A stretch of DNA of 64,000 nucleotides from the human T2T-CHM13v2.0 reference genome, Homo sapiens, in NCBI RefSeq assembly GCF_009914755.1, contig NC_060929.1, one strand, 5' to 3'. A model generated the notes under the pieces. It was not told where the DNA came from, ran no database searches, and was given only the letters and a program-made list of their open reading frames with translations. A program made the translations under genes and the position numbers. Shown in pieces: positions 32,322-45,894 of this stretch (within the stretch, counting starts at the first letter, position 1; each line of letters begins with the position of its first letter).

Positions 32322-32469
32322 GTAAGCACTCAGTTTACCATTTCTTTATTCATTAGTGTAAAGTTCTAATGTATTTTATTAAAATTTTTAAAGCAAATAT
32401 TTGTAAAAAGCTAAGTTTTTAAAATAGTATATTTTTAACTTTTATCTAAACATTTTCTATATCTTTTAG

Positions 32470-32563
32470 GTAGTGCAACATTGTGTGAGCTGTCTTGGAG
32501 CTGTTGTAAATAAAGTGACACAAAATTTTAAATTTGTGTGGGCTTGTTTCAATAGATACTATG
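32470..32563 (+). CDS. NIPBL: NIPBL exon 36 (94 nt)
   Basis: ttttag|GTA...TATG|gtaagt; VVQHCVSCLGAVVNKVTQNFKFVWACFNRYY. Confidence 0.96.
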
Positions 32564-32904
32564 GTAAGTTCAATACCAGGGTTTTAAAATTATTCTGCTA
32601 GGTCCTGCAGGGGGTCAGCTCATTTTAAACACATTTGATAAAAGGCTAGACTCGAGGAAATTATGAGGTGTGATTATCCACCGTGGTCCTCTCAGAAACA
32701 ATATTTTCTAGTGTCTTTTGTATTTCCTGAAGAACCCACTGTGATTACTTCAGAAATTTATCTCCTGATAAGTAAAGATTGGTAAATTTTTTGCGCACTG
32801 TGAAAAGTAAAATTTAAATTTTCTTACATTAGTTTAGACTCTGAAGAGCACTCTCATAATTCTAGACATATTTAATATTTAGAACCATTAGTAAAAATTA
32901 ATTG

Positions 32905-33194
<290 letters not shown>

Positions 33195-33276
33195 ATTGTA
33201 ATTCATTAGTAGTAATTACTTGAACTTAGTAATTCAAAGATAAATATTATAAGTAAATATTACTTATCTTTATTAG

Positions 33277-33431
33277 GTGCCATTTCAAAATTAAAAAGTC
33301 AACACCAAGAGGACCCAAATAACACTTCACTTCTAACAAACAAACCAGCACTTCTTAGATCCCTTTTCACCGTTGGAGCACTATGTCGGCATTTTGATTT
33401 TGATCTGGAAGATTTTAAAGGCAACAGCAAG
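33277..33431 (+). CDS. NIPBL: NIPBL exon 37 (155 nt)
   Basis: tattag|GT...AAG|gtaaag; (G)AISKLKSQHQEDPNNTSLLTNKPALLRSLFTVGALCRHFDFDLEDFKGNSK. Confidence 0.96.
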
Positions 33432-33558
33432 GTAAAGGTAGTAATACTTAAAATGCTATAAAACATAGAGCTATATGGCACTGTGATCTGAGAATGACAG
33501 TAGTGACCCAGGATGAAGGCAACATTAGAGTAGTCTGGTTTAATGAAAATTCTGAAAA

Positions 33559-33797
33559 CAGTGCTGCTCAAAACGTGGTCCTCAGACTGGCTGCTAATCC
33601 ATCAACTTTTTGTTACTGGTGTGTAACCAGATAATGAAATTTCCCTGACAAGTTATATCAGTTTTGTAACAGTAGCACACTGTTGACATCAACAGCTGAC
33701 TTTTTAAAAAAAATTTTTTTCAATGAAGGAAACAATGCACTGATTTACATTCCGAAACAAGCTTCTTTGTCACAGACTGATACTTTGAATGCCACTG
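33559..33797. mobile_element. Charlie4a/MER80-like hAT relic
   Basis: Ends cagtgctgctcaaaacgtggtc...tactttgaatgccactg; internal caatgcactgatttacattcc. Confidence 0.6.
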
Positions 33798-33942
33798 TTC
33801 TAAAATAAATGGAATTGGTTACTTATTTTTTTAATAAAGTTCACACAAATTCTCATTGTTTTAAGGTATTTTTTTCCTTTATAGTTGAAAATTAATCTAA
33901 GTTACTGTTCATGAACACTTTAATGTGTTTTCCTCCCCTTAG

Positions 33943-34033
33943 GTTAACATAAAAGATAAAGTACTTGAACTATTGATGTATTTTACAAAACACTCAGATG
34001 AAGAAGTACAAACAAAAGCTATCATTGGTCTAG
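33943..34033 (+). CDS. NIPBL: NIPBL exon 38 (91 nt)
   Basis: ccttag|GTT...CTAG|gtaagt; VNIKDKVLELLMYFTKHSDEEVQTKAIIGL. Confidence 0.96.
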
Positions 34034-34744
34034 GTAAGTCTAAATTTCTTTATAATTTGTAGCTATTTGAGAGGGATAGAGCATATTTTTAAATATTGTG
34101 AATCTAAATTGTTGATTTACTTTAATATGTTTCTATTAGCAGTAGGATTTGGTGTATAGAATGTAGGTCTGAGGATTAAAACAACTGGGTTGCATTCTTG
34201 TCATGGCCATTGACTTCCTGGGTAACCTTGAGCAAGCCATTTGTCTGTTCATCAGTTTCTTCATTAGTAAAATAGAGATAACAATACTTTCTTCTACCCC
34301 TCCTCCATAGGGTATCTTAAGAACATTTATTAAAGCCCTTTGATAAAGAAAAATAATATAGAAGAATTCTGTGCTCTTTGCATTTTTTTAATTGTTCTTT
34401 TTCATTGCAAAGCTTTGTCACTACAGGAAGCTGCCACATCTGGTTAAAACAATGATCAGTCTACACTGACTTATTTATATAAAAGCAAATAGTAAGCAAC
34501 CCAGAAGGAACAATTTGGATATATACCTGTTTTATAATGTTTTTCCAGGAAGGATTGATGTAATAAAAACATGTTTTGCAATTGTTAGGCAGGTCTATGT
34601 GGCTTATATCTAGGAAGGAATTAGAATATGAGGAAATAGGAGGTGAATGGCATTAAAGTACCTGAATTGAATGCACTTCAAAAAAATACAAGAACAGTCT
34701 GTCCAGGTTTTTGGTTTTTGTTGTTGTTTTTTTTGGTACAAATA

Positions 34745-35070
34745 CAGTTGGCCTTCCATATCCATGGGTTTCACATCTGTGGATTTAACCACCAAGGATC
34801 AAAAATACTGAGAAAAAAAAATTACACCTGTACTAAATATGTACAGACTTTTTTTGTTATTATTCTCTAAACAATACAACAGCAATTTACATAGCATTTA
34901 CATTGTATTAGATATAAATAATCTAGAGAAGATTTAAAGTATACGAGAGGATATGAGTAGATTATATGCAAATACTACCCCATTTTATATCAGGGACTTG
35001 AGAATCCACGGATTTTGGTATCCCTGGGAGGTTCTGGAGCCAATCCCCCATGGATACCGAGCAATGACTG
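34745..35070. mobile_element. Tigger4 (Zombi) MITE
   Basis: ta|cagttggccttccatatccatggg...cccatggataccgagcaatgactg|ta, TIRs with TA TSD. Confidence 0.85.
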
Positions 35071-35844
35071 TACACGTAAAGCTACCCAATGAGATTAAAA
35101 ACTTATTTGGAAATTTTATTTTGGTGTTATGATTAAGGTTTATACTTTAATCTGCATGAGTAGTTATTTATATTAGTCTTTTGAACAAAAATGAGTAAGA
35201 AAAGATTCTAACTTACCCATACCTTATTAAATCATGTTTATGATTTCTGTAAATAAATTGAAACCTTATCATTTTATTCCTCCTCCATCCCTTTTTGAAA
35301 ATTACATATAGCACATAGAGTAAAAATTCAGACATCATTTACTAAGGAGTTAAATTGATGCAATATTAACTTCAAGCCAATGTGTACCTTCAGATATTCA
35401 GTCTGGACATAATTTATACGGAGTGGCAAAACTAATAGTGTTACAAGTATTTCAGAGTACAAAAAGATGAAGTTTTAACTTAAGCAGCGCTATTCAGAAA
35501 ATATTGCCTCTAGACCAGTTAATAAAAGACATCTTGCCTGGGCCATAGTTATCCTGAGTGACCTTGGGCTAGTTATCTGATCACTCTATGCTTTGAGTTT
35601 AGTTTGTTGTTTGTTACCAATAATACTTGCTATCATCAGAGATCTTCATTTTTTCCTCAAATAAACATTATATACAAATAAACATGGATGATATATTGCT
35701 ACTTATTAACCCGTGGTTATAGGATTCAGCATTGTGGCCTTATTATAATGCCATATGAAAAAGAAATGGAAGATATTTTTAGCTCTGGTTTATTATATTG
35801 TTTCATCAAATGAATATATTTTAATTTTTTTTTTAAAATAATGT

Positions 35845-36095
35845 CAATGTAGTACCTTCTGCTGGGGATCTGAAAAATGTTTGCAGACATTATTTCTTAA
35901 ATCCTGAAAACATCCCTGTGAGGTAGGTGGGTGGTAAATATTATTATCCCCATTTTACAGATGGAGAATTGAGGCACAGAGAGATTATGTGACTCACCCA
36001 AGGTCACACTACAAGTCAGTGGTGGAGCCAGGAATAGAACCCAAGACTCCTGACTCCTAATCCACTCCCCTAGCCACTAGGCCCTGCTCCCTCCT
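35845..36095 (-). mobile_element. Well-preserved MIR (MIR1_Amn/MIR3-like)
   Basis: ccctgtgaggtagg...attatccccattttacagatggagaattgaggcacagaga...cccaaggtcacac...gccaggaatagaaccca...ccactaggcc. Confidence 0.85.
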
Positions 36096-36335
36096 CAAGG
36101 TTTCCTCTTGTGTGAAATTCTCCTTTGAAATGCAATTTCTTGTTTTTAATTCATGGGGAAAGAAGTACCTGCTCTAATGCTTCTCTAGGTAAGGCCACCA
36201 GCATATTCTTCCAGTCATTTTAAGTTTTAATTTTTTGAAATAAGGAGCCGTTTATATAATTTATTAACATATTTATTAAATGTTTTATTTAATTTTAATA
36301 TGAATATATGATGAGATTTTTCCCCTCTCCCATAG

Positions 36336-36509
36336 GATTTGCCTTTATTCAGCATCCAAGTCTAATGTTCGAGCAAGAAGTGAAGAATCTATATAATAAT
36401 ATTTTATCTGATAAGAACTCCTCAGTCAATTTAAAAATACAAGTGTTAAAAAACCTCCAGACCTACCTACAAGAAGAAGATACACGTATGCAGCAGGCAG
36501 ATAGAGACT
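36336..36509 (+). CDS. NIPBL: NIPBL exon 39 (174 nt)
   Basis: ccatag|GA...GACT|gtaagt; (G)FAFIQHPSLMFEQEVKNLYNNILSDKNSSVNLKIQVLKNLQTYLQEEDTRMQQADRD. Confidence 0.96.
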
Positions 36510-36774
36510 GTAAGTGAAAATATATTTTTAAATTTCATAGCTACATTTATATTATAATGGCTTTATCTTCTTTAATCTAAATATCTAAATTTCCTTATTT
36601 GTTAGATGAAGAAATTCAGTTAAATAGCAGTCCTTATGCTGAGGTCTATAGCTGGGCTTTAGCATATTCTTAAATTCTCTAAAATAGTTTTAAAATTGTA
36701 TATGTGTGTAAACATTAACATTTTGAGGGAGGAAAGAGATTATAGTTCTCACTGGGTTCTCAAAGGGGCCTCTG

Positions 36775-36812
36775 ACACAGACACACACACACACACACAC
36801 ACACTCACACAC
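36775..36812. repeat. (CA)n microsatellite; a similar tract is at 30721-30757
   Basis: Directly visible. Confidence 0.9.
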
Positions 36813-36944
36813 AGATTAAGAACCATTGAGCCAGAACACTAGCTGTAACGTTTTGTGATTTTGGTTATGGCCTAATTTTGAAATATTTAGTAAAGTTAGT
36901 ATAGGTGCTCTTAATGTGTGTTTATCCTTTGCTTGCTTTTGTAG

Positions 36945-37135
36945 GGAAGAAAGTTGCAAAACAGGAAGACTTAAAAGAAATGGGTGATGTTTCCTCAGGG
37001 ATGAGTAGTTCCATCATGCAGCTTTATCTCAAACAGGTGCTTGAGGCATTTTTTCACACCCAGTCAAGTGTACGCCACTTTGCCCTAAATGTCATTGCAT
37101 TGACTCTAAATCAAGGTCTTATTCATCCAGTTCAG
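36945..37135 (+). CDS. NIPBL: NIPBL exon 40 (191 nt)
   Basis: ttgtag|GG...CAG|gtaagc; (W)KKVAKQEDLKEMGDVSSGMSSSIMQLYLKQVLEAFFHTQSSVRHFALNVIALTLNQGLIHPVQ; the Arg2298 codon CGC falls at 37073-37075. Confidence 0.97.
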
Positions 37136-38015
37136 GTAAGCATGTTTTATGGCAGCAGCACTTACTAAAAGAGCAAGATTAGTTGTAATTTGATACATTG
37201 TGATTATAGAGAATAAGTAGTTCTTCGTTCCTCTTACTCTTCTTTGTACTAAACTCTTAAGAATCTGGCAGTTTTAGATAATCTCTTGGGTTATGATTAC
37301 TGCAAAATACCCATATATTCATAATATTGTCTCTGTTATAAACTTGTAATTTCTATTGGCAGAACATATACTCAAATTATTTTTCTAAGTATGGGTGATA
37401 TATTTGTTTTAATTCATATTTACTTTTGTCCCTAAGATCCAACAATCTATAATGTGAAGAGAGTTAACTGGGTTTAAAAGTATAATCTGTTCAACAGGGT
37501 GGAGTCTTAGTCCACAGAAAAGTAAATTATATAAACTCAATTCCTTCATCTTTAAGTTGGGTATAACACCAACTACTCGACACCTCATAGCATTAATATG
37601 AGGACACAACGACGTAATAAAGACATTAGTGTTACTGAAGATTGGCAGCCAATGCTGATGTAGTAGTATATACCATCTGATGGTCAAGAGAGCACCATAG
37701 GCTACAAAAGTGTATGTATTAAGTAAGCAGAGTCTATACCCTTCAAGATTTTTATTTTGGGTATTTTTCATGGAACGTTTTAAAAATATGATTTATTTAA
37801 ACATACTGTGGTCTTCCCTGTGTCCTGAAACAAAACATGTTAACAAATATTTATCCTGTTCTTCATGACTCCGGGCTATTATCATAAAGAATCATACATT
37901 ATAATGAAACAGTAGTACATTGAGACTGTCACCTTTTTAAACTACCGAGGGTTCTTTGTTGGGTGCTTTTTATTATATATGCCTTTTAAACTTTTTTTTT
38001 TAATTTCACACAAAG

Positions 38016-38332
38016 GAGTCAGGTGCAGTGGCTCACACATGTAATCCCAGCACTTTGGGAGGCAGAGGTGGGCGGATCACTTGAGTCAGGAGTTCAAAAC
38101 CAGCATAGCCAACATGGCAAAACCCCGTCTCTACTAAAAATACAAAAATTAGCCAGGTGTGGTGGCACATGCCTGTGGTCCCAGCTACATGGGAGGCTGA
38201 GGCAGGAAAATTGCTTGAACCCAGGAAGCAGAGAACCCAGGAAGCAGAGGTTGCAGTGAGCTGAGACCGTGCCATTGCACTCCAGCCTGGCCAACAGAGG
38301 GAGACTCCATCTCAAAAAAAAAAAAAAAAAAA
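38016..38332 (+). mobile_element. AluS with internal 16-bp tandem duplication
   Basis: Full Alu; TSD aatt(t)cacacaaag. Confidence 0.9.
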
Positions 38333-38671
38333 TTCACACAAAGAAATTGCAAAAGTGATACGATGAATTCCTTTATTCTCTTCACCTCTATTCACCATTT
38401 GTTGACATTTTGCCACAATTGCTTTCTCTCTCTCCCTTTATACATCTGCTTTTTTCTGAATCATTTGGTAGGAAGTTTCAAGTAATTATGATTCTTTACC
38501 ACTAAACACTTCAGCATATATTTTCTAAGAACAAGGACATTCTCTTACAAAACCGTAATATAATCATTAAATTTGGGAAGTTTAACACTGATACAATATT
38601 ATCTAATATACAGTTCATTTGCAGATTCTGCTAGTTAACCAAGGGCGTTCTCTATAGCCTTTTTCCTCTTC

Positions 38672-38960
38672 TTTTTTTTTGAGGCAAGATCTTGCTCTGT
38701 TTCCCAGGCTGGAGTGCAGTGATGCAGTCTCAGCTTACCTGCAGCCTCCGCCTCCTGGATTCAAGCACTCTTCCCACCTCTGCCTCCCAAGTAGCTGAGA
38801 CTACAGGTGTGCGCCACCACCTGGCTAATTTTTGTGTTTTTGTAGAGACGGGGTTTTACCATGTTGGCCAGGCTGGTCTCAAACTTCTGAGCTCAAGTAA
38901 TCTGCCTGCCTCAGTGTCCCAAAGTGCTGGGATTACAGGCATGAGCCACCGCACCCACCT
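38672..38960 (-). mobile_element. AluJ/S antisense
   Basis: Full antisense Alu; TSD ta(t/c)agcctttt. Confidence 0.88.
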
Positions 38961-39612
38961 TACAGCCTTTTTTCTTTCCTGATTCGAGATTTAACATGAT
39001 CATTTCTTTCATTTAGTGCCATGTCTGTATTTTAAAGTTAGGTTTGTTGTTGTTTTTCTGGCCTTCACATTGCTTTTTAATTCAGACTCACTTAACATAG
39101 TAGTACTGTTTTTTGACTCTAGAAGTACAGTGAATATGACTGTTATCAACTCTCTGTTCCTCAAAGCCACATCTGAAATCAACTTTGAAAAACAATTATA
39201 TTTTCGTAGCTTTGAGTATGGAAAACAAATTACTGTTTGCCCTATATTATCTTTACAAGGCAAATTCAGTCAAGCTTTAAAAACTACTGGATTATACATT
39301 TGTAGTCTATATCATAATCTTAAATAGATATTCTTAGTGTGAGAATGCTTTATGTTTAAAGAACCTAAAATTTACAATGAAATTGTTTAAATTTTATCAC
39401 GTCAGTATTTTTGCTGGTGCTCCAGTGCTTTCTGGATTTAAGCTGAATCTCAAAAGATCTGTCATTTTAAAAAGAACACTAAAACATAGACTTTATAGGA
39501 AGGCCTATAAGGTTAAATTCATATATCTCAGATATATGAAAAGTTTTGACATATGTCTAAATAGAGAATTTTTACTACCATGATATCTCGTAATTTTTTT
39601 TTTTATTTCCAG

Positions 39613-39720
39613 TGTGTGCCATATTTAATTGCTATGGGCACAGACCCAGAACCTGCTATGCGGAACAAGGCTGATCAGCAACTTGTGGAAATAGACAAAA
39701 AATATGCTGGATTCATTCAT
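39613..39720 (+). CDS. NIPBL: NIPBL exon 41 (108 nt)
   Basis: ttccag|TGT...CAT|gtatgt; CVPYLIAMGTDPEPAMRNKADQQLVEIDKKYAGFIH. Confidence 0.96.
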
Positions 39721-40199
39721 GTATGTATTTTAACATTTTATAACCTAAATTTAAACATTTTTCTTGAGTAAAGCATTTCTTTGATAAATGCTCTGCCCAC
39801 ATTCATAATTGGAATAAAATGTCTTACTTAGTACCTATCTTCTAAACATGCAACTAAGTTAGTCTTCCAAGGTGTTTATTCTAGTCTAAAGTTAAGGTTG
39901 GGCTAGAGGTGACAGTACCAAGCACACCAGACTAAAAATCAGGAAACCTGGATTTTATATCTTACTATGTGAACTTGGCTGCAGTGACTCTCCTGGGCCT
40001 CATTTTTTTTTTCTTCTTTGAAATGAGGGAATTGTAAGAGATAATCTCTAATGTTCCTTCTAGCACTTCATTCTGTGATTCGTATTATTTTAATTAAAAA
40101 AAAACAATGAAGCTAGCCTCAGAATGTAATGCTCTAAGTATATTTTTAATTTGTGTCTTTTAATTTCCCTGACAAAAATGAGACTTTTATTGATTTCAG

Positions 40200-40400
40200 A
40201 TGAAAGCAGTGGCTGGTATGAAGATGTCTTACCAGGTACAACAGGCAATCAACACATGCCTAAAAGATCCTGTAAGGGGTTTCAGACAAGACGAGTCCTC
40301 TAGCGCTTTGTGTTCACACCTTTACTCCATGATCCGTGGAAACCGCCAACACAGACGAGCCTTTCTTATTTCTTTACTCAACCTCTTTGATGACACAGCA
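40200..40400 (+). CDS. NIPBL: NIPBL exon 42 (201 nt)
   Basis: tttcag|ATG...GCA|gtaagc; MKAVAGMKMSYQVQQ...RRAFLISLLNLFDDTA. Confidence 0.96.
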
Positions 40401-40837
40401 GTAAGCACAAAAACTTATTATTTTAAGAAAATAAGTGCTCTAGAAATTTTATGGATAAAGTAGTCATTTTTTAAATATTACCATTTTATTAGTATATGAT
40501 AGTAACTTCATTAAGTGTTTTCTTAATCTTCTAAGTTATTTACAAAGTACACAGTCAGAAGTGAAGGGGAAATTTTGTATGAGAATAAGTGTAATGAGGA
40601 ATAATGTATAATTTTGCCTCCATACTGAATATCCTATAAACTTTGATAACAGTTTCTGTAAGCGTATCTTTAAATAAGCAACATCACTAAACTAATCGCT
40701 TTGGGAACCGATTACCTCAAATATTGTTAGAGAATAACTGTTCTAGGTTTTTGGCTATTGAGATCCCTAGTTGTTCAACTTGATTTCCCTTAATGAAGGG
40801 AAGTCACTTTTCTGTATAGTAGTCCACTTTTGTGTAT

Positions 40838-41495
40838 AGTAGTCCTCCCTTATCATTAAAGATACATTTCATGACCCCCAGTGGATGCATGAAACCATGG
40901 ATAGTACTAATTATTATATATACAGTCATGCATCACTTAATGACAGGGATACATTTGGAGAAATGCATAGTTAGGCGATTTCTTTGTGGGGTGAACATCT
41001 TACTTACACAAACCTAGATGTTGTAGCCTACCTAGGCTATATTGTTCCTGGGCTACAAACCTGTACAGCATGTTACTGTACTGAATACTGTAGATAACTA
41101 TAACACAATGGTAAGTATTCATGTACCTAAACATATCTAAACATAGAAAAGGTACAGTAAAAATATGATAGGATAATCTTATGGGACCATCATCATATAT
41201 ATAGTTTGTAATTGACTGAAACATGTTATGTGGCACATGACTGTACTGGTTTTTCCAATACATACAAACCTATGTTAAAGTTTTAATTTATAAATTAGTC
41301 ACAGTAAGAGATTAACATAATAATAAAATAGAACAATTAAAACAATATACTGTAATAAAAGTTATGTGAATGGGATCTTGCTTTTCTCTCTCTCTCAAAA
41401 TACCCTGTTGTAGTTTACTCACCTATTTTTGGACTATGGTTGACCAAGGGTAACTGAAACTATGGAAAGCAAAACAGCAATTGGGGAGATTACCA
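40838..41495. mobile_element. MER44-type Tigger MITE with a nested Tigger3 (Golem) MITE at about 40923-41243
   Basis: Inner ta|cagtcatgcatcac...gcacatgactg|ta; outer agtagtcctcccttatc...gacccccagtggatg and ggttgacc..gggtaactgaaac. Confidence 0.8.
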
Positions 41496-41748
41496 TAATT
41501 ACAATTTTGACACTTCTGGCTGTTGCACTAGTTGCATTGGCCAGGACCATAGGCCAAGAAAACTGAATATTCTTTAAAGTTTACCTTTTAATTTATTTAT
41601 TTCACACAGTATTTATTCTGCATCTGCTATGTACCAGCCATTGCGCTAAGAAGTTTAACGAGCATAAAATAGTAAAAACAGATATGGTTTCTGCCCACAC
41701 AGAGCACGCATGAACCTATGTGTATAGCAACTTTTAAAAGAACAAAAG

Positions 41749-42068
<320 letters not shown>

Positions 42069-42900
42069 TTACTTGTTAGCCTGACAGCAGATTTTTGCAA
42101 TAAAGCAAAATTATAATTACCATAGTGCAGATATCTTACTAGACCTCTTCAAGTACTACATGAAATTTATCATCAACATTATCATCATATCATTATCAGT
42201 ATTAAGTTTGCATTGTGTATAGGACACTATACGAGGAGTGCCAGATGATATAATGTAGTGCTTTTGCCCTGAAAGGATTTTCCCTCCAGCTGTGGGGATA
42301 GGATACAAAATTAATAGTGATTACGGTTAGTATATCCTGAGTGCCCTGATGGTTTGTGTTGATAATATTGTTCCAGTCCTTGTTTCTGTCCAAAAGAACT
42401 TCATTTCTATGTGATTTCACTGCCTGCTTTATGTCATTGACTAGATGTTTTGTCATCTCAGCATTTGAAATGCTAAACTGGAAACCCAGCTCTCACAATG
42501 CAATGCTTTCTTCTGACTACCTCCAACAAAGAATGTCAGAGAAGGAACAAATGCCTGAAGGCCCAGAGGGATAGAATGAGAGGGATCTGCTATATAAACC
42601 AGGGAAGGAAGATGTTCCAGTCAGGGCCAAAAAATTAATTAAAAATACAAAGATAAGAATGTGTGGGAAATAATGAATAGTTTGTTATTTGACTGGGGCA
42701 GAAAGGTCATAATGAGGAATAATATATAGAGGATCCTGTAGATGGCAAAAAAAAAAACATTGTAAGTGTGTGAATAAAATAATGAGGACAATTGCCAAAG
42801 AGCAGTTTAGGAAGATGAATTTTTTTAGCATTGTGGTCACACTGGAGGTAATAATAAATTACTATGATAACAGTAGGGGAGAAAAAGAATGGATAGTAGA

Positions 42901-43209
42901 GGCTGGGTGTGGTGCCTCATGCCTGTAACCCCAGCATTTGGGGAGGCCGAGGCAGATGGATCACCTGAGGTCAGGAGTTCGAGAACAGCCTGGCCAACAT
43001 GGCAAAATCCTCTCTCTCCTGAAAATACAAAAAAATTAGCCAGGCATGATGGCGCGCACCTGTAGTCCCAGCTACTTGGGAGGCTGAGGCATGAGAATCA
43101 CTTGAACCTGGGCAGCAGAGATTGGCAGTGAGCTGAGATCGCACCACTGCACTCCAGCTGAGCGACAGAGCGAGACTCCATCTCAACAGTAAAAAAAAAA
43201 AAAAAAAAG
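42901..43209 (+). mobile_element. AluS within degenerate L2-like purine-rich sequence (about 42580-43900)
   Basis: Full Alu; TSD aaaaagaatggatagtaga. Confidence 0.9.
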
Positions 43210-43567
43210 AATGGATAGTAGAAAAGAAAAGAAAGTTGAGGAAAGAATTAAATGAGACTGTGTGAAAAGAATAGTTAGTGGACAACTGGAATATTTTTAT
43301 CTTGAGCACCTGAAACAATAATAGGATTGTTGCCAAAGTCAGATTGCAAAGGAGTTGGCTTGAGGAGTACATAAAAAGGGAGTAGTCAAAGAGGTAGGAA
43401 GAGAAAACTTAGGAAGAAGATTTCATGAAGGAAAGTGTGGGTAATAGTCAGATGCTACTGAGAAGTCAAGGAGAGTAAGAAGTGAAAAATAGAGTAGAAT
43501 GGTGAACTTCGTGGACAAAAACAGTCAAGCAGTGAGGGACAAAAGCAGATTGTAATTGAAAAGGGAG

Positions 43568-43826
43568 GGCCAGGTGAGATGACTCATGCTTGTAATCCCA
43601 GCACCCAAGGCAGATGATAGCTTGAGCCCAGGAGTTCCATACCAGCCTGGGCAACATAGTGAGACCCTATCTCTACAAAAATTAAAAAATAAAAACTGGA
43701 CAGGCCTGGTGGTATGCACCTATACTCCTAGCTACCTAGCTACTGAAGAGACCAAGGCAAAGGGATTGCTTGAGCCCAGGAGTTCAAGGTGGCAGTGAGT
43801 GGTATCATGTCTCCTTTAAAAAAAAA
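43568..43826 (+). mobile_element. AluJ (partly deleted)
   Basis: Diverged Alu. Confidence 0.82.
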
Positions 43827-45019
43827 TAGTGGGGAAGACATGGGAGGAGCAGTCTAAACTATTCTTTGAAGAACTTTGAAAGGAAAGAGAAATACAGGGC
43901 TTTTATGGATGTTGAAGAAAATATGTATATTTTCTTCAATATTATATGAGTTTTGAAAATATATGAATTATAGTGTTAAAACTAATAGATGAGGTAGGGT
44001 TTTATGTCTACATTTTTTCATCTGTAACGTGGGTGTTGATACATATTGTAAAGTAAAAATAGAGTGAGAGTGATACTCTTATGAATATTAATAGCAAGGT
44101 TATTCCATCTGTGCTATGGGATCTTGCTGCTGCTGCTGTTGGGTTTTATGTTGTTTCCATGGCAGGGGAAGGTAGATGGTAGGAGTGAGTGTTTTTTAGT
44201 TGTGAGCTTTTTTTTTCCTTGAGCTATAAATATTTAAAAGAAATTTGAATATTAATATGCCTTTCTGTTTATGATCATGAAATGCTTGAATTCTCTATTA
44301 CTTCTTTTTAAAGCAAGCAACTAAATAATCATAATTTTTCTCTTAAATTTTGCCTGCCTCACAGTTTTTACAGTGTGAAACTGATAGCATTGTCAAAACA
44401 ACTCTGACATTCTGAATTACATATACACAGGAAACTGACAAATGTTTATGAGTACATGGGATTTGGGTTTTTTCTTTTAACCTATGTATTAGTACTATAA
44501 TTACTAGTTATTTTGAGGGCAGAATAGTAACTGTGTGTAACTGATCTCCATATAGGTTAAACTCTTAGTAGCACAATGATATAACTAGAACTTTCATGTA
44601 TACTTTCTGATATGGTATGGATTTATCATAAAGATTCCATATACTCTAAGAAAACTTCAAGGAATTTCACATGGATGCAATAAAAAATTTCACCTCTTCT
44701 CTTGAGATAGCATAGTGTAAGTCATTATAAAATTAAAAAAAATGGGCCTAAGATTATTTTATAAAATTCCATTTCTGTTCCCCCTTTTCCCTTTTTGTTA
44801 CACCTGTCTCCCTTTCCCTTTTTCCCCCCTCTATATTTCTCTCCCTCCTCCTCTCCCTCTGTCTCTCTGTGTCTCTCCCCACTCTCTCCGTGTGTGTCTG
44901 CTTATCTCTGTCTAACATTAAGTGAGGTGAAAGTGCCCTGTATTTTTTCTAAAAAAGGTTTTTTGGTTGGGTTTCTAGATTATCCGCTAAACATGTGTGC
45001 TTTTTCTTAAAATTTACAG

Positions 45020-45166
45020 AAAACAGACGTGACTATGCTCTTGTATATAGCAGACAATCTAGCCTGTTTTCCATACCAGACACAGGAAGAGCCGTTGTTT
45101 ATAATGCATCATATAGACATTACACTCTCAGTTTCTGGTAGTAACCTACTGCAGTCATTCAAGGAG
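45020..45166 (+). CDS. NIPBL: NIPBL exon 43 (147 nt)
   Basis: ttacag|AAA...GAG|gtaagt; KTDVTMLLYIADNLACFPYQTQEEPLFIMHHIDITLSVSGSNLLQSFKE. Confidence 0.96.
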
Positions 45167-45894
45167 GTAAGTTACACACATTACTATTCTTAATCCATCT
45201 GTCAAAGTGCAGGCATGCTGTTTTCACTGTTTTGTTTCTCATTATTCTTTTTATCCTCTTCACGAGTATATAAAATCTTTCTAAGTGAACTTAATGAAAT
45301 CTGGGCAATACTTGACTTGGGAGAGGATGTACATTGCCACTTTACCTCTATTTAGAAACATCTAAAATAGATATATGGATTGTTCTGTTGATAAGCCATC
45401 ACATTTATTTCTCTCACTTTAAGCACTGACCTTAAGTGTTTGCATCCATTCATACATTCATTTAAACTCCATTTTAAAACATTATTCTGTAAATCTTGTA
45501 ATGCTGTAATCACAACATTACACATGAAAATATATAGCTTATTTACACTTAAACAGAAAATTTATGACACCATTGACTTTCTTATCCCTCAACTACAGCA
45601 CCGTTATAGAGTTTGCATATGTGTGCCCAAAATCTTTGCTAAATTTCTTGTTGAACCTTCCATTGTTTCTGTCATGACTTTTAGGAGGAATGTAATTTAT
45701 TTAATTATAAAAGTACCTGGTGTAGCACTAGGCATATAGTAAGCACTCAGTAAATTCTTTACAAATTGAATATTCTCATGTATCTAATGATCCAAGTAGA
45801 TCTCATTTTATAAAATTGTATTGCTCACAACTCAGCCTTGTCAGACTAGTAAATCAGACAGATTATTTTAGATGCCTCCTGAGGGCTGGAATTA

